59,544 nt of DNA, from the NCBI RefSeq assembly GCF_001194135.2, contig NC_068983.1, positions 2,174,184-2,233,727 of the forward strand, given 5' to 3'. Shown here piece by piece: positions 1 through 10,553 of the stretch. Source of the stretch: Octopus bimaculoides (Eukaryota). Below the pieces are notes generated by a model. The model saw only the letters and a program-made list of their open reading frames with translations. It ran no database searches and was not told where the DNA came from. The position numbers and the translations under genes are program-made. How positions within the stretch are numbered: the first letter of the stretch is position 1; the number at the start of each line of letters is the position of its first letter.

Positions 1-66
<66 letters not shown>
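1..66. repeat. (ATT)n microsatellite
   Basis: Pure ATT run from the window start. Confidence 0.98.
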
Positions 67-68
<2 letters not shown>

Positions 69-249
69 TTCTTCTGTCCACCCGCCGATGTATTTGTCAG
101 TCTGGATAGACAGATAAATAGATCGACAAATAAAAGATATAAAAAGAATAATATATGTTACACCATTATTTTCTTGTCAGTCACAATAATACACGATGTT
201 TAAAATTTCCCTCTGATAAAACCCTTGCTCTCTCACCCTTGCTATTTCT

Positions 250-550
250 CTTTTTTCTTTCTTTCTTTCTGTCTTTCTGTCTGTCTTTCTTTCTGTCTTT
301 CTTTCTTTCTTTCTTTCTTTCTGTCTGTCTTTCTTTCTGTCTTTCTTTCTTTCTTTCTGTCGTTCTGTCTCTCAACATCAAAATTCAGCAACTATTTAAC
401 CATGTCATTGCTGTGTTACTGTTATCATCATCTCTCTCCTTCTCTTCACCTCTCACTTCCACTAACCACATAAGAGCTTCACTACTCTCTCTCTCTCTCT
501 TTCTCTCTCTCTCTATCTGTTTCTCTCTTCCTCTCTCTCTCTCTCTCTCT
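250..550. repeat. (CTTT/CTGT)n and (CT)n simple repeats
   Basis: Directly visible; explains ORFs 155..652, 181..381 and 225..473. Confidence 0.95.
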
Positions 551-1049
551 TTGCCTTTTTTAACCTCACCACCAGAACATCACCCTCCTCCAAACATTGT
601 ATTCCTAACTCTCCATATATTACTCCCTTCAACTCACATTTTAAGCACGTAATAAATATCACGGTCTTTCCTCTTCCTCACATCGTTAACACTTCTCACT
701 CCCTCTTTTTTCTCTCCCTGTTTCCTTTCTCTCGCTTTCTAACTCGCTCTTCGCCTTTCCCTTCAACTATTCACGTGACAACGCATTTCAGCCGTAGCTG
801 ATTAATGGTAAATAAAGAGGAAATCTCAAGAAAGAAATGATCCAAGCTAATATCCAACAACCATATAAAAGACCTGGATTAAACCATAATAACGAACCTA
901 ATTCTAGCTGCATAGTACCAATGCGTAATATTTGCAAAGATTATTTGATATGAGGCGAAAATAACAATAAGGGATCTGAGACAATTGACTCCTTCATAGA
1001 ATTATTCACATCAGAGGACATGTCTGCTAATAGAATTTAACGTGTAAAC

Positions 1050-2079
1050 GGATGAACGATATAAGCAGGAACTAATACAGTACACAACACCATTCTGGGC
1101 AGAAGCATCCATGGCTTGCTGGTTATTTATTTTATCCATAAGAAGACGAACGTACAACGTTACTGGAATGTAGAATATGTGGTCTGAAGGGGAAAACATT
1201 ATCAATAATGACGAGAGAACAAGGTATCATTGTTTTACGTAGAACTATAACTTACGAATAAAATAACAATATGAACCAAATATTGTCTTCGATTCTCGTC
1301 CCTCGATTTCCTGTTTGGTGGTCTCTTTGATTCTGGTCATCTTCCTGTTCGTTTGCTCTTGAAACCGAGAATGAGACGGTTTTCCCGTTGTTTCCCGAAT
1401 CACGACCCATAATATAATGAGAGAACAGGAAATATTTCTGTTCTTTTATTATAGATACATTATACATTCATCTCTTCCCTACGTTTCAACCTTCTCACGA
1501 CAGACTACATATAGGCCATGGTTGTATTCTTTTCGGATTCCCGATGATCACAACATATCGTTTCTACCTGACACCGCATTCACCATCTGCCGGCGTAGTT
1601 CTTCAACAAAATTCATGTCAACGTAAGCATTTAGAATGTTTTGATTTTGATCATTGTATTTAGTCAAACCATTCAATACGGCACGAAATTGTGGAAATTG
1701 TGAATTACTCAACCAGTTATCTCGCTTTCTCTCGATCCTTATATGATTCCTCGTATATGTCCGCTGAGATAGATATATATCAGCTTCAGCAGACAGAAAC
1801 TACATCATTCTACACCTTGTACATGGTATTCTTGAACTGTTCATCTGACGACAATTGTCAAACCTCTCAAGATGTACAGGATATTTTCTTCGAGGAATGA
1901 TGCACCTACATTAGTAACGAAACACTGCCAATATGCGTTCATTTCTCCGGAAACTTATTCACGTCAACTCTACTTTTTGGAGAAAAATAACTATCGAAGG
2001 AGATTTATTAACGGTAATACTTCATTTTTTATGTAAATTACAGTTTTCACTGGCTGATACTGCGTCATTTTACTTATTT

Positions 2080-2090
<11 letters not shown>
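1050..2090 (+). pseudogene. Candidate decayed intronless ionotropic glutamate receptor / ionotropic receptor (IR)-like pseudogene, S1-M1-M2-M3-S2-M4 region
   Basis: Collinear motif remnants across frameshifts and stops: YNVTGM (1153-1170, cf. WNGM), LSIMTREQGII (from 1199, cf. LTITxxRExVI), ILVPRFPVWWSL+ILVIFLFVCS (1292-1360, M1-like), PSHDRLHIG/WLYSF/MITTYRFYL/TAFTI (1490-1590, cf. PRSxSxR..WWFFTLIxISSYTANLAAFLT), SQTIQYGT (1662-1685, cf. QTEIxYGT), DDNC (about 1850), SFLRKL..VN (from 1939, cf. SxLRxxVN), FSLADTASFYLF (2044-2080, cf. LSLxxVAGVFYIL). Manual alignment only. Confidence 0.45.
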
Positions 2091-2118
<28 letters not shown>

Positions 2119-2180
2119 CCTCTTAAACTGAATCTAGTTTTATTGTTTTGTGTTCTTTTAAGTTCATATTTATTTTTTTA

Positions 2181-2794
2181 CATAGTTGCCTTACCTGCTG
2201 CTTTAGCACGAAGAGAAATGTTGAAAAGCAAATGTAAACACAAGAAAATATATTTAAAATATGTCTAAAACAGACATTTCACCCCAGGTATTGGTAAAGA
2301 TTCAACATATTCATATGTTTTGAAGTTTGAAAATAATCAGAGAAAGCAAAATAAGTTTTCATTCGAATAATGTTGCAAAGAATTTAATTCTGTTGGAGGT
2401 TTCTAAAAACGTGATCGTTTAGCATAAAAGACACGAACGACGACGACGGTTATGGTAACAACAACAAAGAGAATAACAATAACCTTATGCTATAATAAGA
2501 GCCGCGTCCGTCCGTCTGTCGGAAGCCATTAGTAATTAGATAGAGGGAAAGTAGACTTAGAGAGTGATGGGGAGGTAGAGAAGTAAAGTTGAGAAGGGGA
2601 GGGGAGAAAGAAAGAGAGACACACACACACACAGAGATAAAGGGAGAAAGAACATGCGTATGTAAAAGGAATCTCTGTCGGAAGTCACCAGTAATTAGAT
2701 AGAGGAAAAGAGAAAGTTTGTAAATAAGATACAAATATTGTGATGCCTGGCCGCGTCCATCCGTGTGTCCGAAGCCATCAGTAATTATATAGAG
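2181..2794 (-). mobile_element. Probable non-autonomous Helitron with three stacked 5'-end-like repeats
   Basis: Three copies of a 31-45 bp motif (2501-2545, 2674-2704, 2750-2794) read TCTAT(A/C)TAATTACT.. on the minus strand. A decayed 3' hairpin/CTRR-like end lies at 2181-2210. Confidence 0.4.
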
Positions 2795-3083
2795 CCGTGA
2801 TTCCCAATGTGGGGCATGGTAATATTTTGGTGAGGTATGTTTAGGGTTATGTTGAATTTATACCTTTTGTACACAATGTTTAGATAAAAACATGTATGCG
2901 TGTGCTCACACGCATGTGTAAGTATGTATGTGAATGTTTGTGAGAGTTTGATTATTTTTATACCTCACGCTGTGTAAATATGATACAAATATTGTCATCA
3001 TATTACAATCGCCTGTCTCACTATTATGTTTTTATTTTCATACTATTCTATTTAAACAATAAATATTTAATTTAAATTTGTCC

Positions 3084-3700
3084 ATGGAAGAGGAACGGTC
3101 CAATTATAGAAGAACTGTAAAATGTTTGAGTCAGCAACTACGAAGATTGAGACAAACTCAAGAACAGAAAAAAGTTCAACGTAAAAGGAACATATAAAGA
3201 TGGCATCAGCTCCGTTTAGCGCAGTCACGGGAGCGAAGAAAGCAAATTTTAAAACAAGATGCTGCTCACCACAGAAATGCAAGACAACAACTGTCACAAG
3301 AACAACGTGAGCAGATTTTAGAACCAAATGCAGCAGAACACAGAAAAGCTAGGCAAATCAATAATAGGCTGATGCTTAGTATAGCTCGACAATACGATAC
3401 AGATGGGCTTCTGCACGTCCCCGGTGACGTTGCTCGACACAGTTGCCGCCTCGCGGAAGTGCGTTGCCATCACTGCAATGCTTTGATGTTTATTGAAGAG
3501 CGTACAGGAGGAAGAATGAACAATCCCAGTGTTGGTATACGCTGTAAATCAGGAATGGTAAAAATCGGGTTACCGAACAAACTTGCTGATCTCTTTCTTT
3601 CTCATACTCCTCAAGCGAAATATTTCAAATATAACATTCGGAGGTTCAACAGCGCAATGGCAATGTGTTCTATGAAAGTAGATGACACTTCAATTCTGAT
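3084..3700 (+). mobile_element. Helitron RepHel N-terminal coding fragment (degenerate)
   Basis: An R/Q/E-rich repeat region (RRLRQTQEQKKVQRKR..QEQREQILE) leads in frame into CHHCNALMFIEE..IRCKSGMVKI..LADLF...AKYFKYNIRRFNSAMAMCSM. This matches the CxxC..CCxxGxV..FxxxIRxYNSxFAxxS pattern upstream of the Helitron Rep domain. Confidence 0.8.
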
Positions 3701-3712
3701 AAGAATCAGAAA

Positions 3713-3808
3713 TCTACTAAATATAAGGGAAATTCTGTCTGCGGGTGTGTTTGTGGAGTTGTTAACTAACTCCTCCTACATCGTTTTATCGGTTTTGATG
3801 AAATTTGC
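3713..3808 (+). mobile_element. Helitron-like 5' terminus
   Basis: TCTACTAAATATAAGGGAAATTCTGTCTG..GTGTGTTTGT..AACTCCTCCTAC..ATCGGTTTTGATGAAATTT has the typical Helitron 5' end layout (TC start, GT-rich run, xxCGxTTTTxATxAAATTT). Confidence 0.55.
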
Positions 3809-3883
3809 TGGCCTTGTGCCAAATTTGAAACCAGTATTTTGTCTCACATAATTGTACTCCCTGGTAAAATTCATTATGTTTGA

Positions 3884-4104
3884 AAGCGGAAGCTGGCAGA
3901 ATCATTATCAGACTTGGCACAATGTTTGGCGGTATTTCGTCCGTCTGTGCGTTCTGAGTTCAAATTCCGCCGAGGCCGATTTTGCCTTTCATCCTTTCGG
4001 GGTCGATAAAATTAGTACCTCTGAAAAACTAGGGTCGTTGTAATCAAGTTATCCCCTTGCCTGAAAATGCTGGCCTTGTGCCTGAATTTGAGACCCCTAT
4101 TATG
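3884..4104 (+). mobile_element. SINE family A (tRNA head plus GCCTTTCATCCTTTCGGGGTCGATAAA central module; Meta-domain-like by recollection)
   Basis: A-box AGCTGGCAGAA, B-box GAGTTCAAATTCC, central module, tail GGCCTTGTGCC, then ATT repeats. Several other copies occur in the window. Confidence 0.85.
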
Positions 4105-5700
4105 GTTCTTATTGCGATTTGCTGGATTATTATTATTATTATTATTATTACTAGTACATGACCCGTCAATAAGGAAAAACACAATGCTATGTTTAGAATA
4201 ACATTTCAATTCAATTGAACTATTGTTTGAGAAATACACAAAACGGACGAAATGCTGCTAAACATTGTGCTCGGAGTGCAAACCATTCTTATGTTCTGAA
4301 ATTGTCATTATTTAGACGTAGCTAAACCGTGTTCGATTACATCGGCGTTCAAAGATTCCAAGGCTGTGATCAACGCCTGTTTATCTGTGCTGTCCATAAA
4401 ATTTCACACAAACGTACACATAACAACAACAACATATATACGTACACGCACGCACACATACACACGCACTTTATACATATACAACTACTGTAGCAATCTT
4501 TTTTTTTACTGAGACTTCATGATATTTTTGAATCTTTTCTTAGTAGAAGGCCATACCATCGGTGAAAGCTCAGTTATTTTTCTTTAAAATATTTCAAAAG
4601 AATAACACTATTTTAAACTGTGTGCGCGTGGAGGGAGTACACAACCGTCTTTCCAACGGTCTGAACCGACCATTTTCACTCAAAACACATTTAGTCACAC
4701 AAATCTCTTCTAGAAGACACCTGCATACACAAAACTCATTTGGTTACAAAACAAAACATTTAATTAAAAGATATGTTTACAAAATTACATATTATAATTC
4801 TATAAAATGTTTATGAAATAATAACATTCGGTCAGCGGCAAACTGGACACACGAAGTCATCAAACTGAACACATGGAAGTAATATAGCTAAGATGGGCAT
4901 CTCTACGTTGTCTTTTGAATATTTAAAATTAAGAGTGAAATAACCCTGAAATCATAGCAGGTAGTCTTCAGAGCAGAAGAACACATTGTACAAATTAATC
5001 CTATGTCCGTACCGCTGGTAAACGGAACGGACATAGCACGAATATAGTTTATCCTATGCTGACTTATTCTAGCTTGTTCAGCATTTCAACTGAAAGGAAA
5101 CAAAACTTCAAATCTAAACAAGCAGAAACGGAAATGAAATGGTATGTGGCCAACGAGAATAGCAGAAAACAAGAATAAAAGGATGGAAGAAACCAGCTGA
5201 ATCGACATTTGATAGAGCGATAGGGCTAGTTTAATCCGATCAGGGATGCTATGAATCACGTGTAACCTCCAACTGTGTAATCTGTGTCTAATAGAGTTAA
5301 TCTGATAAAAACTTAAAAAGTCAGCGACTTGGTAGCGTCTCGGTGTTGTGATTCAATTATTGAACGAGGTTATATCAATCTGTAGATACAACATTCCATC
5401 AACATTCCATTCAGTTAAATCAACGACAGTCGCGTTACTGAAAGTAAACTTAAGGAGTATTCTCTTCTACAAACTACGAAGCTATATGAATTCCCTTATG
5501 TGGTTGTCCAACATGCTAGTAATAGCAGCCAGGGTTGCCTTAAATCACATTTCACTGTCTTAGAAAAAGAAGAACTCAATCGGTAATGTAGACTGAGATA
5601 TATTGTAGCTGACAATGAAACAGGATGATGAAGGATCGAATGCTTTTGAATTCAGATAATCTCACTCAACTGACCCCTGTGGTGCTTACTGACATGTGTG

Positions 5701-6012
5701 ACTGGCACTCCGTCATTTGCGAGGATGAGTATTCCAAGTGATCCGATCAACAGTGCAGCCAACTCGTAAAATTAACCTGCAAGTGGCTGAGGACTCCACA
5801 GACATGCGCACCCTTAACGTAGTTCTCAGAATGATTCAGTTTGACGCAGAATGTGACAAGACTAACCCTTCGAAGCAGAGGCATAACTGCTTTCTTGTCA
5901 CTTGAGTGGAATATGGCAACTGGTAATAAAGTATCTTGCTCAAGGCCAACACGTCATTGGGCCTCGACATCGTGATCCGACTACCCCTAACCACTAATCC
6001 AAACGCCTTCAA
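5701..6012 (-). mobile_element. SINE family C (tRNA head, CCTTGAGCAAG, CTTGTCACA..GAGAACTACGTTAAGGG body)
   Basis: The reverse complement aligns along its length with the copy at 50086-50375. Confidence 0.8.
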
Positions 6013-6099
6013 CGGGGGTAGTCAACAGCAAAGCTCCGACCACCAACAACGACTACTACAATAGTAAGAAAATTTACACTAAACATCTTCAAATATTGA

Positions 6100-6310
6100 A
6101 AGTGATATAAGTTCCAAACCCCAACACCCGGTATAACTGAAAATACGCGAAGTAGGAACAGTACTGTACTGTATATTTCTTTTAAATTATTTTTATAATT
6201 TGCATATATTTATTTTATTATAAATACGATACAACACCACGGAGGAATCGACGTAAGCTTAAATAATAAACCGTGATAGGTGAACCGCGATATGGCGAGG
6301 GATTACCCTA
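6100..6310. mobile_element. Tigger/pogo-like MITE remnant
   Basis: The right end GTGAACCGCGATATGGCGAGGGATTAC is the reverse complement of a CAGTAATCCCTCGCCATATCGCGG-type TIR. The left TIR is decayed. Confidence 0.6.
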
Positions 6311-9027
6311 GTTTCTTTTATTAACAGCTAACAAAAAATTAATATATCTCCGCTTGGCACTCAGCTTATTGTATTTATTTATATCTTTTTATTTAATTTT
6401 GTCTTGATGGCTTAATTAGCAGTGGAACGACCCCTGCCCTTCTCTTTTGTTCATTTCAGGAGGAGATTGGTTGGGGAGAGACGAAAAGATTATCTTCAGG
6501 CTTGTAAACTAAGAGAAGGTTTTTTAATAGAACACATGTCGCTCAAGCCAGCCAAGGTCCAAGCCTCGTGCTAAATCAAGAGCAACTGATGAAGACTACT
6601 ACACATGAAAAGTTATAGTCATCCGGACAGGTTTCCACACAGATTTTGTTTACTTCCTCATGAAACGCTGCTCATCTCAATGTTATTTTAGAAAAAGCAC
6701 AACTTTGACCAAAGTGCTGTGAAATGGAGATTGATCTAAAAATAATTAGTTGGTTGTCGAACTTCTTCACAGAAATTTTGTGACAGAAAAACATCGAGAA
6801 TTTTCAAACCGAATTAAATCTGAGATATCAATAAAGAGAAAGTAGAGGAGAAAGAGGAAGATAGAGAGAGAGGAAGATAGGAGGAATGAGAGGTGAGGTT
6901 ACAGGGAAAGAGAAAGAAAGAGAGAAAAAAGAAAAATCTTCAACATCGCATTGCTTTCCGTTTTTCTTTTCTCGTTGTATTTGTATTGGTGTAAAATCCA
7001 GCGTTAGAGAGATTCTTCATTTCAGAAGTATAATGTTGCGTTAAGAAACCGACGCATTGGTTTTACTCTCCTTTTTTATTGTCATCAGTTGACTAAGCAA
7101 ATTCACTACCCAATTTATCGATTGTTTGAATTCTCGTCGATTGATTCAATCGATGTTAGTTTGCCAGAGCCCTTAAGTCGCCATTGAACATCTAAGAAAA
7201 CAGATGCCATCGATACTCCTGGTCTGTCTCGTTTTCAATGACTGGATAATTTTCTGAAAATCTTCGACACCAAATGACAATATTTGCTGTTAGTTGATAT
7301 GTTTCGTGTACATACTTTGAGCAGTACGTATGGTATTAGAAATAATATATTCCTAAATCTTTCAGAGAGATTTATGCAGTAGCAGCACAATAAAGTGATG
7401 GTTTGTTGTCAACTTAATGTGACAGTCCCATGAATGGGAAGAATGCTACTGCTATTTAGCCCTAGGAAATGGTAATAATATCAGTACGTATTGGTGTATC
7501 GAATTTGCTTGACCACACTACAGCCATATGATTAGTTAATTCGCTTCACAACTTCATCGTTTCAAGTTCGAACTTACTTGAAAAGTTTCTGTTTCCATAG
7601 CCAAGACTAGACCAAATCTTTGCGAAACAAGGCAAAAGGAATCTGTAGATAATTCGAAGGTGGAAACGTCTACAGTTTTTGTATGACTGACTCAAAACTT
7701 TATTGGGTTTATCTTCAGCCATTAGCCGGGGGGGGGGGGGCACCCAATGGGTGTCTACTACGTTGAAAGCATTCTGGACACGTCTTACTATTACTTAACT
7801 CTGTCAGAAGATCTGTGAAAGGCCATGGCTACTACCCTTACAACACTGATATAGCTATTAACAAAAATAAGAAAGCAAAAACTAATGAAACACATCTTTA
7901 ACATGCGTCCGTCTTGAACCTATCTGAAGCAGAATGCTTTTCCGTCACTTTTCTATACCTAGCTTTGAAAGTGAAATAATGTTTTGAAGGTAACTATGAA
8001 GATTGATAATATCCAGAGAGTAAAACAATGTGACTAAGGCAAGACACTAGAAATAGCAAGTAATCTCCTTGAATACGGTCTGAGTGGAAGGAAGGAAGCA
8101 TTTCATGTCGTTATCCAATATATATGTGAAGTTTTGAAATATCAGATGGTCATGGTTTCAACATCTTTTTCCTTGTTGCTGCTCACTAACGGTTGACGTG
8201 TGTGTAAACAAAACAGCAACTAGGATTAGGTGAAGAGGGTAAGAAACGCCAATCGTATTTTTGAAACAAGGAGCTAAGTTGCACTATTTCCAGTTTTTAT
8301 CTCTGTATAGTGATTCAGACTTTATCCAATCATTTTCATCTCTAACTCTGTATTTAAACAGGCGTAAAACCTTCGTTTTGCAAATACCTTTGCGGGCAGA
8401 AAATCGGAATCAGAAAGACAAGTCGCTGGAATCTCTTTGCTGCGATCTCCTAGTGTCTGAGTACCCCTGTTGAAATTACAGAGAAGCCAGATTATGAATC
8501 CACACTTAGTAACAAATTGGATTGTCCAATTTGCATACATAACACATTTTTAGCGGTTCGTTGAATAAATAATTAATGAAATAACAATGTTTTGATTCGA
8601 TAATATTCTCTAATATTCTCTATCATCAAATAAATCTCTGAAGATTTAACCATCTCTCTACGAAATCAAGTCAATGTGTCTTTTTATGTGTATAGATGAA
8701 AGTACAGAAGAAAGCTTACCTAAATAGCAAACTCCTAGAACCAGATTCATACCTATAGTGAATTGTTATAAAGGAAAGTCAGTGGATCTAAAAAATGTTT
8801 TGGAACCAAACAAGGACAGCTCTAGTGATTATTATTGTAAAAAGGGCAATAGGAAAAAAAAACAGTCCCTTTCTATGTAAATCTTACGTTCGTTAAGCGC
8901 TGAAAATCTGAAACAATTGTAGGGGCGCTGTCTTGACATAGTGGCACAAAGATATCTGTGGCATGTAAACTTTGTTCAGTTTCACCCCCACTTCGGACTA
9001 ACCATGCGAAATATCTTCGAGAGAGAA

Positions 9028-9029
<2 letters not shown>

Positions 9030-9075
<46 letters not shown>

Positions 9076-9096
9076 GTATGTATGTATGTATGTATG

Positions 9097-9130
<34 letters not shown>

Positions 9131-9166
9131 TATATATACATATATATATATATATACATATATATA
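9030..9166. repeat. (TATG)n/(TA)n microsatellite running into a gap
   Basis: Directly visible. Confidence 0.95.
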
Positions 9167-9256
9167 NNNNNNNNNNNNNNNNNNNNNNNNNNNNNNNNNN
9201 NNNNNNNNNNNNNNNNNNNNNNNNNNNNNNNNNNNNNNNNNNNNNNNNNNNNNNNN
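9167..9256. other. Assembly gap (N)
   Basis: N run. Confidence 1.
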
Positions 9257-9899
9257 TATATATATATATATATATATATTTACATAAATAAATAGAGAGA
9301 GAGAGAGGGACAGAAGGCAAAAAAGAGAGAGATACATACATAGGGCATGTAGGTAGAACAATGTAAAACGAAATACGACGAAAGAATAAGCCCGAGGACA
9401 AAGACATGAGAACCCACCGTATGGTAGAAACCATAACCACTCATTATCAAAAGGAATCCTGGTGGAATATATCAGAGACGATCTCAATAATATGTAAAGA
9501 CAACAGGCTTGTAATTATTGGGGGGCCTGGGATATGTAACACACTGCCTAAATACAAATCTTGTGGAATTAAGCTTCTCAGAATCAGAAAGGAGAAATCC
9601 GATTCGTAGACAACAGATCCAAGCCTTCATTGCAACTGTAAAACTTTCCAGCCGTTTAACAGTTAAATATATATGAGCATGCCTAGATATACAAGTATGA
9701 GAATACATACAAAAACGAAAACATACGAATCTGTACACATGCATACCTACCTACCTGCCTACATACATACATACACACATACATACACACATACATACAT
9801 ACATGCATACATGCATACATGCATGCATGCATGTATTCATCCATCAATCCATACATACATACATACATACATCTGCAGTTACTCTATCCAGATCACAAG

Positions 9900-10518
9900 N
9901 NNNNNNNNNNNNNNNNNNNNNNNNNNNNNNNNNNNNNNNNNNNNNNNNNNNNNNNNNNNNNNNNNNNNNNNNNNNNNNNNNNNNNNNNNNNNNNNNNNNN
10001 NNNNNNNNNNNNNNNNNNNNNNNNNNNNNNNNNNNNNNNNNNNNNNNNNNNNNNNNNNNNNNNNNNNNNNNNNNNNNNNNNNNNNNNNNNNNNNNNNNNN
10101 NNNNNNNNNNNNNNNNNNNNNNNNNNNNNNNNNNNNNNNNNNNNNNNNNNNNNNNNNNNNNNNNNNNNNNNNNNNNNNNNNNNNNNNNNNNNNNNNNNNN
10201 NNNNNNNNNNNNNNNNNNNNNNNNNNNNNNNNNNNNNNNNNNNNNNNNNNNNNNNNNNNNNNNNNNNNNNNNNNNNNNNNNNNNNNNNNNNNNNNNNNNN
10301 NNNNNNNNNNNNNNNNNNNNNNNNNNNNNNNNNNNNNNNNNNNNNNNNNNNNNNNNNNNNNNNNNNNNNNNNNNNNNNNNNNNNNNNNNNNNNNNNNNNN
10401 NNNNNNNNNNNNNNNNNNNNNNNNNNNNNNNNNNNNNNNNNNNNNNNNNNNNNNNNNNNNNNNNNNNNNNNNNNNNNNNNNNNNNNNNNNNNNNNNNNNN
10501 NNNNNNNNNNNNNNNNNN
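9900..10518. other. Assembly gap (N)
   Basis: N run. Confidence 1.

Positions 10519-10553
<35 letters not shown>

Noticed and set aside
3884-3970. tRNA genes at SINE heads (also 30202, 47493, 50086, 54895)
   Set aside because: A/B boxes are present but there is no complete cloverleaf, and each continues into a SINE body.
6570-6630. Hammerhead ribozyme candidates (CTGATGA..GAAA at 6587 and 53515; CTGACGA..GAAA at 41629)
   Set aside because: Stem II lacks the G-C closing pair or does not pair, and stems I/III with the NUH site cannot be formed.
8455-8560. PDYESTLSNKLDCPICI as a TRAF/RING exon
   Set aside because: Only the first CxxC is present, followed by stops, with no remaining RING ligands or convincing splice sites.
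9406-9609. LVIIGGPGICNT as a decayed P-loop (STAND NTPase)
   Set aside because: The GKT residues are absent and no Walker B follows; likely chance.
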